A stretch of 64,000 nucleotides of DNA, from the NCBI GenBank assembly GCA_964510885.1, contig CAZEDL010000002.1:707-64706 (forward strand). The letters are read 5' to 3'. The translations under genes and the position numbers were made by a program. The first letter of the stretch is position 1. The number at the start of each line of letters is the position of its first letter. Shown one piece after another: positions 55,739 to 64,000 of this stretch. This DNA is from an uncultured Gammaproteobacteria bacterium. GTDB taxonomy: Bacteria > Patescibacteriota > Patescibacteriia > Magasanikbacterales > GWA2-37-8. Below the pieces are notes generated by a model. It made no database searches. It was not told where the DNA came from and saw only the letters and a list, made by a program, of their open reading frames with translations.

Positions 55739-57526
55739 TTATCTGATAACCCCTCCCCATTCAACCACGGTGAAGCCTTTTCGTTCAGGTGTCTTGCCAA
55801 GTGGCAGTGTCTCAACTGTGATCGGCGCATCAAGCGGTGTGAAGTCCATTAAGATACGGAACACGGTATCCGGACGAGGGGAAATGGTAAGCGGTGCCAA
55901 CACATTCATTTGACTGGTGCCAAGGAACGTAATGAAATAATACGGCTTAGCTTGCATGCGCGGCAGCCAGAATTCCAGGAAATCAGCGGTTTCTTTGGCA
56001 TTCAGGCCGAGAATGCCTAATTTTTCGCGCAGCGTAGTCTCAACTTCGGCCTTGGCTACTACGAAGCCGCGCTTAGGGGTTTGATACAAGCCGCCGCGGC
56101 CTTCCCAAAAGAGATACGGATAGGTTTTACCACTTGATACTTCGGTTAATGAGCCGTTCGGATCGGCTATAACATGCCAACCGTTGCCGTAGGCTGGATC
56201 GGAGTAGGTGAGGCCGCCTTGTGGGGCTACATTAACCTGTACTCGCGTAGTTTTTTCTGGATACAAATATATTACCGGCTTGCCACATTCGGCCGCTGGC
56301 AAAAATTTGTTGGCCCGTAATTTGATAAGGCGACCAAATGGATCGACCCAGAATAACAGAGGTTTTGTGGCAATAAAATCGGTATAAGAAATTTTTGATA
56401 CACTGCCGTCTCCATTTGTAACTGCCCATAATCCAGAATCATATAAATCTTTGAGCATCTGATGATTTGGGTCTTTTAATTCATATAGCCAATCTCCAAA
56501 TCCGGTTTTGGCTACTCCTGTCAAATCTTTTTCAAACATTAAGCCTTGTTCAGTGCTAATGTCACTGGGGTTTACCACTGAAGCGTAATTAGAGCCTCCG
56601 CAGCCGCCGACATCAATATATACATAGGTGCTGGTGCGCACTTTTCCATCGCTCCAATTGACAGACAAGACTCCATCTTTACTAATAAAGTCTGGCTGCA
56701 GGGCATAGTTAATGGCGCTTCCGTCGGGGCTGGTTAGATAAAAACCACCGGTCCTATCTGCTTGGCGAATTGGGCCGTATTGCGCATCGGTAAAGACAAT
56801 TTTGTCTTTGGGATCGACTTCGGCGGGGGCGGCGAATGCCAGGCTTTGCTGGCGGACAACTGCCTGGCGCGTGCTTGGCCCAACTAGGCGTTCTGGAAAA
56901 TCGAGGAGTGGAATAGTAAGCGTATTATCTACTGCCAAACGACCAGCCAAGACCGGATTCCAGGTTTCATCTTCGCTGCCAGTACTTTGTTGCGGATCAT
57001 TGTACTGATATTTATAGCCGGAATAGTTGCCAAGCATGATGATTTTATTGTCGTATTCTACGAATCGATACCAGACGTTGTCGCCTGGCCCTTCGGGCGG
57101 CACCTGTAACAGAATTACCCGGCCAATTTTGCCACCATAATTAATAGTCCCAACCTGGTAGTATTTGGCTCCTGCGCCATAATCATACTCTGTCTTGACC
57201 CCATCCACATTCGAACTGCTTTTCCCAAACCAGCTTGGCAGCACGGAAATCTCGGTACGGGTGCCCCAGATAATGCCTTTATAGAAATCAGCCGGCAAGG
57301 TTATGGCGGTAACAATTCTGGTGGCAAACTGGCCAGTACTGGTGGCGGAGTTATTTGGGGTGGCGGTGAGGGGCGGCGTGCCTGGCAGCTCGTTAGTAGG
57401 AGCAGTTGGAGAAACCGGATTACTTTTTTTAGCCAAAAAATAGCCGGCGGCGGCACTGCCACCAATCAAAACGACAGCTGCCACGGAGGTACCAATAATT
57501 AGCCCTTTTCGATTAGTTTCTAACAT
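55739..57526 (-). CDS. Membrane-anchored or secreted protein (595 aa), function unknown
   Basis: N-terminal TM/signal segment (LIIGTSVAAVVLIGGSAAAGYFLA) followed by a Pro/Thr-rich linker. Confidence 0.5.
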   Translation of the reverse strand: MLETNRKGLIIGTSVAAVVLIGGSAAAGYFLAKKSNPVSPTAPTNELPGTPPLTATPNNSATSTGQFATRIVTAITLPADFYKGIIWGTRTEISVLPSWFGKSSSNVDGVKTEYDYGAGAKYYQVGTINYGGKIGRVILLQVPPEGPGDNVWYRFVEYDNKIIMLGNYSGYKYQYNDPQQSTGSEDETWNPVLAGRLAVDNTLTIPLLDFPERLVGPSTRQAVVRQQSLAFAAPAEVDPKDKIVFTDAQYGPIRQADRTGGFYLTSPDGSAINYALQPDFISKDGVLSVNWSDGKVRTSTYVYIDVGGCGGSNYASVVNPSDISTEQGLMFEKDLTGVAKTGFGDWLYELKDPNHQMLKDLYDSGLWAVTNGDGSVSKISYTDFIATKPLLFWVDPFGRLIKLRANKFLPAAECGKPVIYLYPEKTTRVQVNVAPQGGLTYSDPAYGNGWHVIADPNGSLTEVSSGKTYPYLFWEGRGGLYQTPKRGFVVAKAEVETTLREKLGILGLNAKETADFLEFWLPRMQAKPYYFITFLGTSQMNVLAPLTISPRPDTVFRILMDFTPLDAPITVETLPLGKTPERKGFTVVEWGGVIR

Positions 57527-57639
57527 AGCATCATAATTTAACTAAAAATATCTTTATATATTTATTTTAGCAGGTCACCGTAAAAATTCAATTGTTATTT
57601 GTAGGTGAACATTGAGCTAAAAAAGAGGCGGCTGACCAC

Positions 57640-57846
57640 AGTCACCATCATCCTTTTCGACGGCCAAGAGAAAACTAGCATATACGACTTGCGATAAACA
57701 AGAGCCAACGCTGACGTCGCCAAGAAAAGTGCCGGGCCCCACGGCCCGGCACACACAACGGAAGGTTTCTCGACCCCGCCACTGCACATGTTCTCAACCA
57801 TATTGAGCCTATGTGCAGCGGGATCGAGAAATTAGGTGCATATTAT
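57640..57846. other. Non-coding structured region (long compound hairpin; 10-bp GC stem GTGCCGGGCC-CCAC-GGCCCGGCAC)
   Basis: Inverted repeats TCTCGACCCCGC / GCGGGATCGAGA enclosing CTGCACAT/ATGTGCAG; no plausible ORF. Confidence 0.35.
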
Positions 57847-57881
57847 AAAACAATCCCGACTGAGTCGGGATTGTTTTTTTA
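57846..57881. terminator. Bidirectional rho-independent terminator (AACAATCCCGA-type)
   Basis: AAAACAATCCCGAC-TGA-GTCGGGATTGTTTTTTT; same motif family as 60487-60533. Confidence 0.75.
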
Positions 57882-57891
57882 ATCGTAATTA

Positions 57892-60429
57892 TTACCAGGT
57901 ATATCGCTGGCTTTTTTGCCCAGACACATCAACCACTTCTGCATAGGCGGAAATAAAAGCCCTAGGCTGCACTAACAAAAAATCATAACTGCAGCTTAGC
58001 TGCACTTTTCCTCCGGCAGTGCAGGTTTTTACCAATGGCAGCGGTGAAATTTTTTGATTATCACTGAGATAAATATTAACCTCTTCGAAATTGCTATCAC
58101 CATTTACCACAGCAGTAAACCTCCAAATACGCTGACCCACCTCGTTAGTAATCAACTGATCAGACGTACTAACCTTAAAAGCGTTGCCGGGCAGCAATAC
58201 CGGGCTAGAAGGCGCTGATTTTGTTTGAGACTTAATAAGGAGCGGCGAGTTCAATTCGCCGGTAGCAACAGAGCGTTGCGATGAGGCGCCAAGCCAGCTT
58301 CCACCTCTGCCGTACACACCCACATTATAAGACCGATTTTTGTCCTCGGCACTAATATCTACTGCACAATCAGCCGTCGTTGGCACGCTCGAAAAACTAC
58401 AATACCTAACCTGTGTCCATGATGGGCCAGACAAATTTTCTGAGCTTGAACCGCTATAGATGGCGATACTGCCTACACCTGCTTGCGCTTTTGTACTGAC
58501 TTCAATGCGAGCTGTATGCTTGGCAGCACCTGGAGCCGCTTCACGCCACCCACTTAGAACACTGATCGAGCCGCTGACCGGAGCAGTGACCGTGCTTTTT
58601 ATTGGCACTGTAGAAAATCCAGTTAGAACACCGGCTGGCACTGATTCGGTCTTTTTGGCAGGTGCTCCAACCGAACTTGTTGCTGGTGAAAGAGTGAACT
58701 GGTATCGAGGAGCTTTGGGATTGGGCCGAGTTGTAGCATCAGACACTAAATTTTGCGGCGGGTTCGTGCGCGCTGCAGTAGCAGCGCTATATGATAACGG
58801 TGAATAATAAGAAATATCCGGACGCTTTATATTAGCAGAACCCTTTGTTACCAATTGCGGGAGCGTCTGAATAACTTTTTTGTAATCTTTAGTATATACT
58901 TGCGCATACTGATATAGTTTTTTTCCAGCCTGCCATGGTACCTGCATTTCGCAAGTACTGTTGCTGACAGTTCCTACATAGCAGCTCTTAGCCAATATCC
59001 ATGGCGCTGATTCGTGATCACGGACATAGACTTCTACCTCAGCTGCCCCGGCAGGGGCAATAACATTTGCCCCGATAATGCCATATTCTTTATGTTCAGT
59101 ATAGGTAGCTCGCCCCGCCGGAGTATCGTACCACTGACCGTAGCTAACCAACTGAGGCACGGTAACCGAAAAGGAAATTGGCGGCAAAACTAAAGTGGAT
59201 GCCGCGTCTTCGGGGGCAATGATTCCGTCGCTCCAACGATATTTTTTGAATTTTAGCTCAACCGATTTACTATTTTTATCGATCCCTCTATTCACAGGAA
59301 TATCAAAATCAGTATCCGCAGGATCAATAAAAAATTCAATTGACTGATAAGCTTTATTACCAACTGGCACAGCCGGGTCAAATATTAATTGAGACGAATT
59401 TGTCTGCCCGCTGTCTACATTTACTAAGCGAATTGTTCCTTGGCGAATTGGATACGATGATGAATCTTTGGCGTTCAGCTGGTAAGAAATAACCAATTCA
59501 TTATCACCTTTGCCGACAGCCAACGCACTTCCGGCTAGAGCCATCTCTAGGCTGTGCAGTTTTGAGACTTCTTTTGCAGGTTTGTCTGAAAAAATCTTGG
59601 GCGTGACGTCAAAAAAAACTGAACCAAGCGAGCTGGAGCGACGACTGGAATCAACTTTGCAACCCGCTTCCGGACAGCGCGTAGGAGTGACGAGACTTTG
59701 ACGGTATACTAATTTCGGCGTAGCTGCATCATTGATGTTGATAGCAACTGCAGGCACTTGGGATTTATCTGAGGTCCTGGCTACTAAATCAGCACTAGTG
59801 AGGCCAGAGGCCGAATACTGACCGGTGTCTTTTTTAAGACTTATACGGGTCGCATTTGCGCTGAGCGCCCCGGATTTGAATATACCTTTAACGGTAACTA
59901 GGCTCGGTTGATTTTTTTGTAGGAGTAACCCGAGCGTTGGCGATAGCGCTGCAGCATCAGGAGCCGGTGAATTGAAGGGTTTATTTAGATTAAAAATAAC
60001 TTCACCATTTTCTGCCCGGGCTCCCGGTACAAAAAACTGTCCTGAGTTGTAGCCAGTACCTAGATATTTGGTGCCATCTGGCAACAAAATATTTTCCGTC
60101 ACCGACCCGCTAGCTACCAAATACCATTTATCCACTTGATTAAAAAATTCAGGATTACTCGTTACCAATGTAAATTTTTCAATATTAATCGGCTGCTCTG
60201 GGGCCGTAAATTTAAACTGAGCCAAAATTATGTCATAGTCATATCCAGGCAGGATGACTATATTATCGCTGCTATCATGTGGACGGCTCGTTAAGGCCGT
60301 GGGTGGCATTGCCTCGATAGTTACTACAGGGGAAGCAGCGGAAACTGGAGCGCCACGATATACCACCACACTACTTAATACGATAATTGCTAAGAAGAAT
60401 GTTATAATTTTGCTTTTGTGAATATGCAT
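57892..60429 (-). CDS. Large secreted or cell-surface protein (845 aa), function unknown
   Basis: Signal peptide (KIITFFLAIIVLSSVVVYRGAPVSA); S/T/G-rich; no catalytic motif. Confidence 0.5.
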   Translation of the reverse strand: MHIHKSKIITFFLAIIVLSSVVVYRGAPVSAASPVVTIEAMPPTALTSRPHDSSDNIVILPGYDYDIILAQFKFTAPEQPINIEKFTLVTSNPEFFNQVDKWYLVASGSVTENILLPDGTKYLGTGYNSGQFFVPGARAENGEVIFNLNKPFNSPAPDAAALSPTLGLLLQKNQPSLVTVKGIFKSGALSANATRISLKKDTGQYSASGLTSADLVARTSDKSQVPAVAININDAATPKLVYRQSLVTPTRCPEAGCKVDSSRRSSSLGSVFFDVTPKIFSDKPAKEVSKLHSLEMALAGSALAVGKGDNELVISYQLNAKDSSSYPIRQGTIRLVNVDSGQTNSSQLIFDPAVPVGNKAYQSIEFFIDPADTDFDIPVNRGIDKNSKSVELKFKKYRWSDGIIAPEDAASTLVLPPISFSVTVPQLVSYGQWYDTPAGRATYTEHKEYGIIGANVIAPAGAAEVEVYVRDHESAPWILAKSCYVGTVSNSTCEMQVPWQAGKKLYQYAQVYTKDYKKVIQTLPQLVTKGSANIKRPDISYYSPLSYSAATAARTNPPQNLVSDATTRPNPKAPRYQFTLSPATSSVGAPAKKTESVPAGVLTGFSTVPIKSTVTAPVSGSISVLSGWREAAPGAAKHTARIEVSTKAQAGVGSIAIYSGSSSENLSGPSWTQVRYCSFSSVPTTADCAVDISAEDKNRSYNVGVYGRGGSWLGASSQRSVATGELNSPLLIKSQTKSAPSSPVLLPGNAFKVSTSDQLITNEVGQRIWRFTAVVNGDSNFEEVNIYLSDNQKISPLPLVKTCTAGGKVQLSCSYDFLLVQPRAFISAYAEVVDVSGQKSQRYTW

Positions 60430-60486
60430 AGAACTAGATAACGCGAGTCAACGCGTGCCCTGAGCAAGAGTCAGTGGCCAGCGCTA

Positions 60487-60533
60487 TAAAAAACAATCCC
60501 GATTTCTATGATAGCGGATCGGGATTGTTTTTA
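60487..60533. terminator. Rho-independent terminator 3' of rpoC (AACAATCCCGA-type)
   Basis: AAAAAACAATCCCGAT-TTCTATGATAGCG-GATCGGGATTGTTTTTAT. Confidence 0.75.
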
Positions 60534-60546
60534 TAGTAAATTACAG

Positions 60547-63500
60547 CTATTGTTTATACCCAGTACCAACCGGGATCAAGCGACCGATAATGACGTTTTC
60601 TTTGAGACCGTCGAGGTAATCGATCTTGCCGGTGGTGGCAGTGTTGATGAGTACGCGAGCAGTTTCTTGGAACGAAGCGGCCGAGAGGAAGCTCTGGGTG
60701 GAGAGGGCAACCTTACTGACACCGAGGAGGAGTTCGCGCCCGGTGGCTAGTTTGCCACCATTCTTTTTGGTAGCACGGTTGGCAAATTCAAGCTGGGCTT
60801 TTTCTACGACTTCGCCAGGGAGAAGTTCGGTATCCCCTGCATCTTCAACGTATACACGGCTGAACATTTGGCGGATGATAAGTTCGACGTGTTTGTCATT
60901 AACTTTCTGACCTTGCGACGAATAGATGTTCTGCACTTCTTCGAGGATGTAACGCTGGACTGCTGGGCGGCCTTTGAGTTCGCAGAGTTCCTGCAGGTTA
61001 ATACTACCATCGGTGAGGCGATCGCCCGCATTTACCATATCGCCATTCTTTACATAGATCTTATACCCCATCGGCACGATGTGTTCGTGAACGCGTGGGC
61101 CTTCGTAGCTGAGCGTGACTTGATTCTTGGCGACTTTGACCTGGCCTTTATATTTGGCTTTGATTTCTTCGCCAGAAGCGCCACGGACTACGAGCACGGC
61201 ATCGGCTTCGACATGGTCGCCGTCTTTAACGGTGATTTCGTCACTTGATTTGCATTTAATCTTCATTTCTTCCATGCCTTCGAAGTGCACGCGGACAATC
61301 TTCTGACCACTACGGCCTTCGAAAACTTTTTTGCCGCTCGGAGCGATTACGATCTTGCCATCAGCATCTTCGATTTCGATTTTGCCAGCGACACGAGCCA
61401 AGAAGGCCTGGTGCTTCGGCGTGCGGACTTCGAACAATTCTTCTACACGCGGCAAACCTTGGGTAATATCGCCACCGGCGACACCACCAGAGTGGAAGGT
61501 ACGCAGCGTAAGCTGGGTACCTGGTTCACCGATACTTTGCGCGGCGATGACACCGACGGCGTTACCGAATTCAACGGCTTTGTTCTGAGACAAATCGAAG
61601 CCGTAGCACTGGCGGCAGACACCTTTTGGTAAGCGGCACTGGAGGAGACTGCGGACGTGAACAGATTGGACTGCAAGTTCATCGATCTGGCGAGAAGCAT
61701 GATCGTCGATCGCTTCGCCAGCTTTGACCAATACTTTATTACCAGCTTTCAGATCAGATACAACATAGCGGCCAAAGACGCGGCTCGACAGTTTTTCACC
61801 CATTTCTTTGGATTGTTCGACGGTGAAGATTTCACCGTTCTGATCACCACAATCTTCTTCGATGACTACCACATCTTGCGACACATCTACCAAGCGGCGG
61901 GTGAGGTACCCGGCGTTCGCAGTACGAAGCGCGGTATCGGACAGACCTTTACGCGTACCGTGACTTGAAATGAAGAATTCAAGTACGTTGAAGCCTTCTT
62001 TGAAGTTACCCTTAATCGGGAGTTCGATAATATCACCAGACGGCGACACCACGAGACCTTTCATACCCATCACCTGACCAAGCTGACCATAGGTACCACG
62101 GGCACCAGAATCTATCATAGCGTAGACCGGGCCATTTTTATCAAGCACAGCCTGGTTGTTGGCCATGATTTTATCTTTGGTTTCGGTCCAGATTTCAAGA
62201 ATCGCTGAGTGGCGTTCAGCCTGGGTCAAGAGACCTTCCTGGAATTGAGATTCCATTTCGCGGATTTTTTCATCAGCATCTTTAATCAAGCCTGGTTTTT
62301 CAACGATAGTCGGGAAGTCATCCATACCAAGCGAGTAGCCAGATTTGGTGACATAGCGATAGCCAAGGTTCTTGATTTCATCAAGCAGGTTGGCGGTGGT
62401 TTGCTGGTCGTAGGTTTCAAGACAGCGGCGGATAATGGCGCCGAGCTTCTTCACATTCACAACATCGTTCACATAGGCCATTTTGGCTGGGATGATTTCG
62501 TTGAAGAAAATGCGACCAACTGAGGTTTCAATTAGAACTGGAGTGTCGTCGGCAAATTTTTCGCGATTAGAGAAGCGCACTTTGATGCGTTCGTGCAAGG
62601 TGACCATGCGGCTCTTGTAAGCGAGCTTGGCTTCTTTTTCGGAGCCGAAGAATTTGGTTACTGGCGCGGTATCGCGACTGTCGTAGTGGGTGAGATAGAA
62701 ACAACCAAGTACGATATCTTGTTTTGGGGTAATCACTGGGTCACCGGTGGCTGGTTTCAAGAGATTCTTTTCAGAGGCCATCAAATTTTCGGCTTCGAAG
62801 CGAGCGCCAGCGGTGAGCGGGAGGTGAACGGCCATCTGGTCACCGTCAAAGTCAGCGTTAAAGGCGGTACAGGTGAGGGGGTGGAGCTGAATAGCTTTAC
62901 CTTCAACGAGACGCGGGTGAAAGGCCTGGATACCAAGGCGGTGCAGTGTCGGGGCGCGGTTAAGAAGCACGCGGGTGGTCTGTGTCAATTCTTCAAGGAT
63001 ATCCCAGACTTCGTCGTGCTCAGCTTCGATAAAGCGGCTGGCACTGCGGACATTATGGGCCAATTCACGTTTGATAATTTCGCTGATGATGAATGGCTTG
63101 AACAATTCAAGGGCCATGCGTTTTGGCAAACCACATTCATCGATGTTGAGCTGCGGGCCAACCACGATAACCGAACGACCGGAATAGTCGACGCGTTTAC
63201 CAAGGAGGTTCTGGCGGAAGCGGCCTTGTTTACCTTTAAGAATGTCTGCTAAGGAGCGGAGCTGGCGTTTCTGACCAGTGGAGGCCGTGACGGTTTTGGA
63301 ATGACGGGCGTTGTTGTCGATAAGAGCATCGACGGCTTCTTGCAACATGCGTTTTTCGTTGCGGCAGATAACTTCTGGGGCATCAAGCTCGGTGAGGCGG
63401 CGCAAGCGGTTGTTGCGGTTGATGACGCGGCGATAGAGATCGTTAAGATCTGATGTCGCAAAGCGACCACCGTCGAGGGCGACCATAGGGCGCAGATCCG

Positions 63501-64000
63501 GCGGGATAACTGGGATCACTTTGAGGATCATCCATTCTGGGCGGATCTTGGTCATCAAGAGACTCTTCAAGAGCTTCTTGCGGCGGATCATACGCTCAAG
63601 TTTGGCGCCTTTGGTGGTTTCTTGTTCGGCGTCAATCTTCTTGATGGTTTCTTCGAGGTTGATGCGGGAGAGCAAATTGTGCACGGCTTCGGCACCGATG
63701 GCAGCCTCGAACAAGTGACCATAGCGGAGCGATAATTCCTGATATTTATTTTCAGAAATGATGCGCATGACCTGAAGTTCTTTCAGATCTTTGTCAGCTT
63801 GCTGGAAGTCGGCTTCGAGCGCTTTTTGCTTGCGTTCGGCATCGTCGCGAATTTCGTCGCCTTTGCTGGCATCGTCACCGGCTTTAGATAGAGCTTCATC
63901 GCGTTCGCGGTCGATTTGTTTCTTTTTCTGTTTATACTCTTGGCGGAGAAGATCAGTGGTTTGTTTTTTACCCGCATCATCGACTGAGGTAATAATGAAC
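60547..64000 (-). CDS. rpoC: DNA-directed RNA polymerase subunit beta' (3' portion; 5' end lies beyond the window)
   Basis: NADFDGDQMAVHLPL catalytic motif; trigger loop; C-terminal GRLIPVGTGY; the frame stays open past the ORF-track Met at 63768 to the window edge. Confidence 0.9.
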   Translation of the reverse strand, partial: FIITSVDDAGKKQTTDLLRQEYKQKKKQIDRERDEALSKAGDDASKGDEIRDDAERKQKALEADFQQADKDLKELQVMRIISENKYQELSLRYGHLFEAAIGAEAVHNLLSRINLEETIKKIDAEQETTKGAKLERMIRRKKLLKSLLMTKIRPEWMILKVIPVIPPDLRPMVALDGGRFATSDLNDLYRRVINRNNRLRRLTELDAPEVICRNEKRMLQEAVDALIDNNARHSKTVTASTGQKRQLRSLADILKGKQGRFRQNLLGKRVDYSGRSVIVVGPQLNIDECGLPKRMALELFKPFIISEIIKRELAHNVRSASRFIEAEHDEVWDILEELTQTTRVLLNRAPTLHRLGIQAFHPRLVEGKAIQLHPLTCTAFNADFDGDQMAVHLPLTAGARFEAENLMASEKNLLKPATGDPVITPKQDIVLGCFYLTHYDSRDTAPVTKFFGSEKEAKLAYKSRMVTLHERIKVRFSNREKFADDTPVLIETSVGRIFFNEIIPAKMAYVNDVVNVKKLGAIIRRCLETYDQQTTANLLDEIKNLGYRYVTKSGYSLGMDDFPTIVEKPGLIKDADEKIREMESQFQEGLLTQAERHSAILEIWTETKDKIMANNQAVLDKNGPVYAMIDSGARGTYGQLGQVMGMKGLVVSPSGDIIELPIKGNFKEGFNVLEFFISSHGTRKGLSDTALRTANAGYLTRRLVDVSQDVVVIEEDCGDQNGEIFTVEQSKEMGEKLSSRVFGRYVVSDLKAGNKVLVKAGEAIDDHASRQIDELAVQSVHVRSLLQCRLPKGVCRQCYGFDLSQNKAVEFGNAVGVIAAQSIGEPGTQLTLRTFHSGGVAGGDITQGLPRVEELFEVRTPKHQAFLARVAGKIEIEDADGKIVIAPSGKKVFEGRSGQKIVRVHFEGMEEMKIKCKSSDEITVKDGDHVEADAVLVVRGASGEEIKAKYKGQVKVAKNQVTLSYEGPRVHEHIVPMGYKIYVKNGDMVNAGDRLTDGSINLQELCELKGRPAVQRYILEEVQNIYSSQGQKVNDKHVELIIRQMFSRVYVEDAGDTELLPGEVVEKAQLEFANRATKKNGGKLATGRELLLGVSKVALSTQSFLSAASFQETARVLINTATTGKIDYLDGLKENVIIGRLIPVGTGYKQ

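Noticed and set aside
1-64000. Search for tRNA, rRNA, CRISPR arrays, transposases and integrases
   Set aside because: No cloverleaf-compatible T-arm/acceptor pairs (other than the minihelix at 36632), no rRNA-like conserved blocks, no regularly spaced direct repeats, and no transposase- or integrase-like ORFs were seen.

Overview
The window is a gene-dense bacterial chromosome segment of roughly 45-48% GC (phylum not determinable from sequence alone) dominated by housekeeping genes. On the + strand these are tgt, rplA, a thymidylate-cycle cluster (dCMP deaminase, a P-loop kinase, dut, thyA, folA, tmk), gatB, and a near-complete de novo pyrimidine operon (carA, carB, pyrB, pyrI, pyrC, pyrE, a methyltransferase, pyrF). 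On the - strand are ruvA, a Nif3-like gene, ileS (eukaryote-like type 2), a polyamine operon (arginine decarboxylase, deoxyhypusine-synthase-like, agmatinase plus an unknown gene), SpoU methyltransferase, ruvC, yebC, a Memo-like/CapA fusion, two large secreted proteins, and the 3' portion of rpoC running off the window. I found no rRNA, tRNA, CRISPR array, transposase or integrase.

Four things stand out beyond this backbone.

- Six short genes of 58-65% GC (a lipoprotein, a Cys-rich lipoprotein, a small secreted protein, a VanX-like M15 dipeptidase, a His/Asp-rich membrane protein and a cupin-like protein) each carry a canonical Shine-Dalgarno site, whereas native genes essentially lack one. 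This suggests acquisition from a high-GC donor.
- The - strand locus 25471-31313 pairs a two-domain ATP-grasp ligase (generic ATP-grasp plus Ddl-like) with the VanX-like dipeptidase and a 504-aa unknown. This is a candidate dipeptide or small-peptide ligase/peptidase system.
- At least eight intergenic mosaic palindromic elements (MITE/REP-like) are assembled from a few shared modules: GTCATTCTGAG...CAGGATGAC, TGGATTCCCGC...GCGGGAATGAC, and GAATTACGAAA/TTTCGTAATTC terminal inverted repeats.
- A roughly 60-bp promoter module (AAAATAAAGCCAAAAG-CCTTGACAAAA-N-TTTTGTGCTATACT) recurs in front of both native and GC-rich genes.

There are also several candidate structured RNAs: a GC-rich element between two terminators 3' of ileS, a mini-transcript or leader upstream of carA, a 330-nt leader before the ileS operon, and a region 57.6-57.85 kb. 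All protein identifications are motif-based readings of the supplied six-frame translations; no database search was possible.
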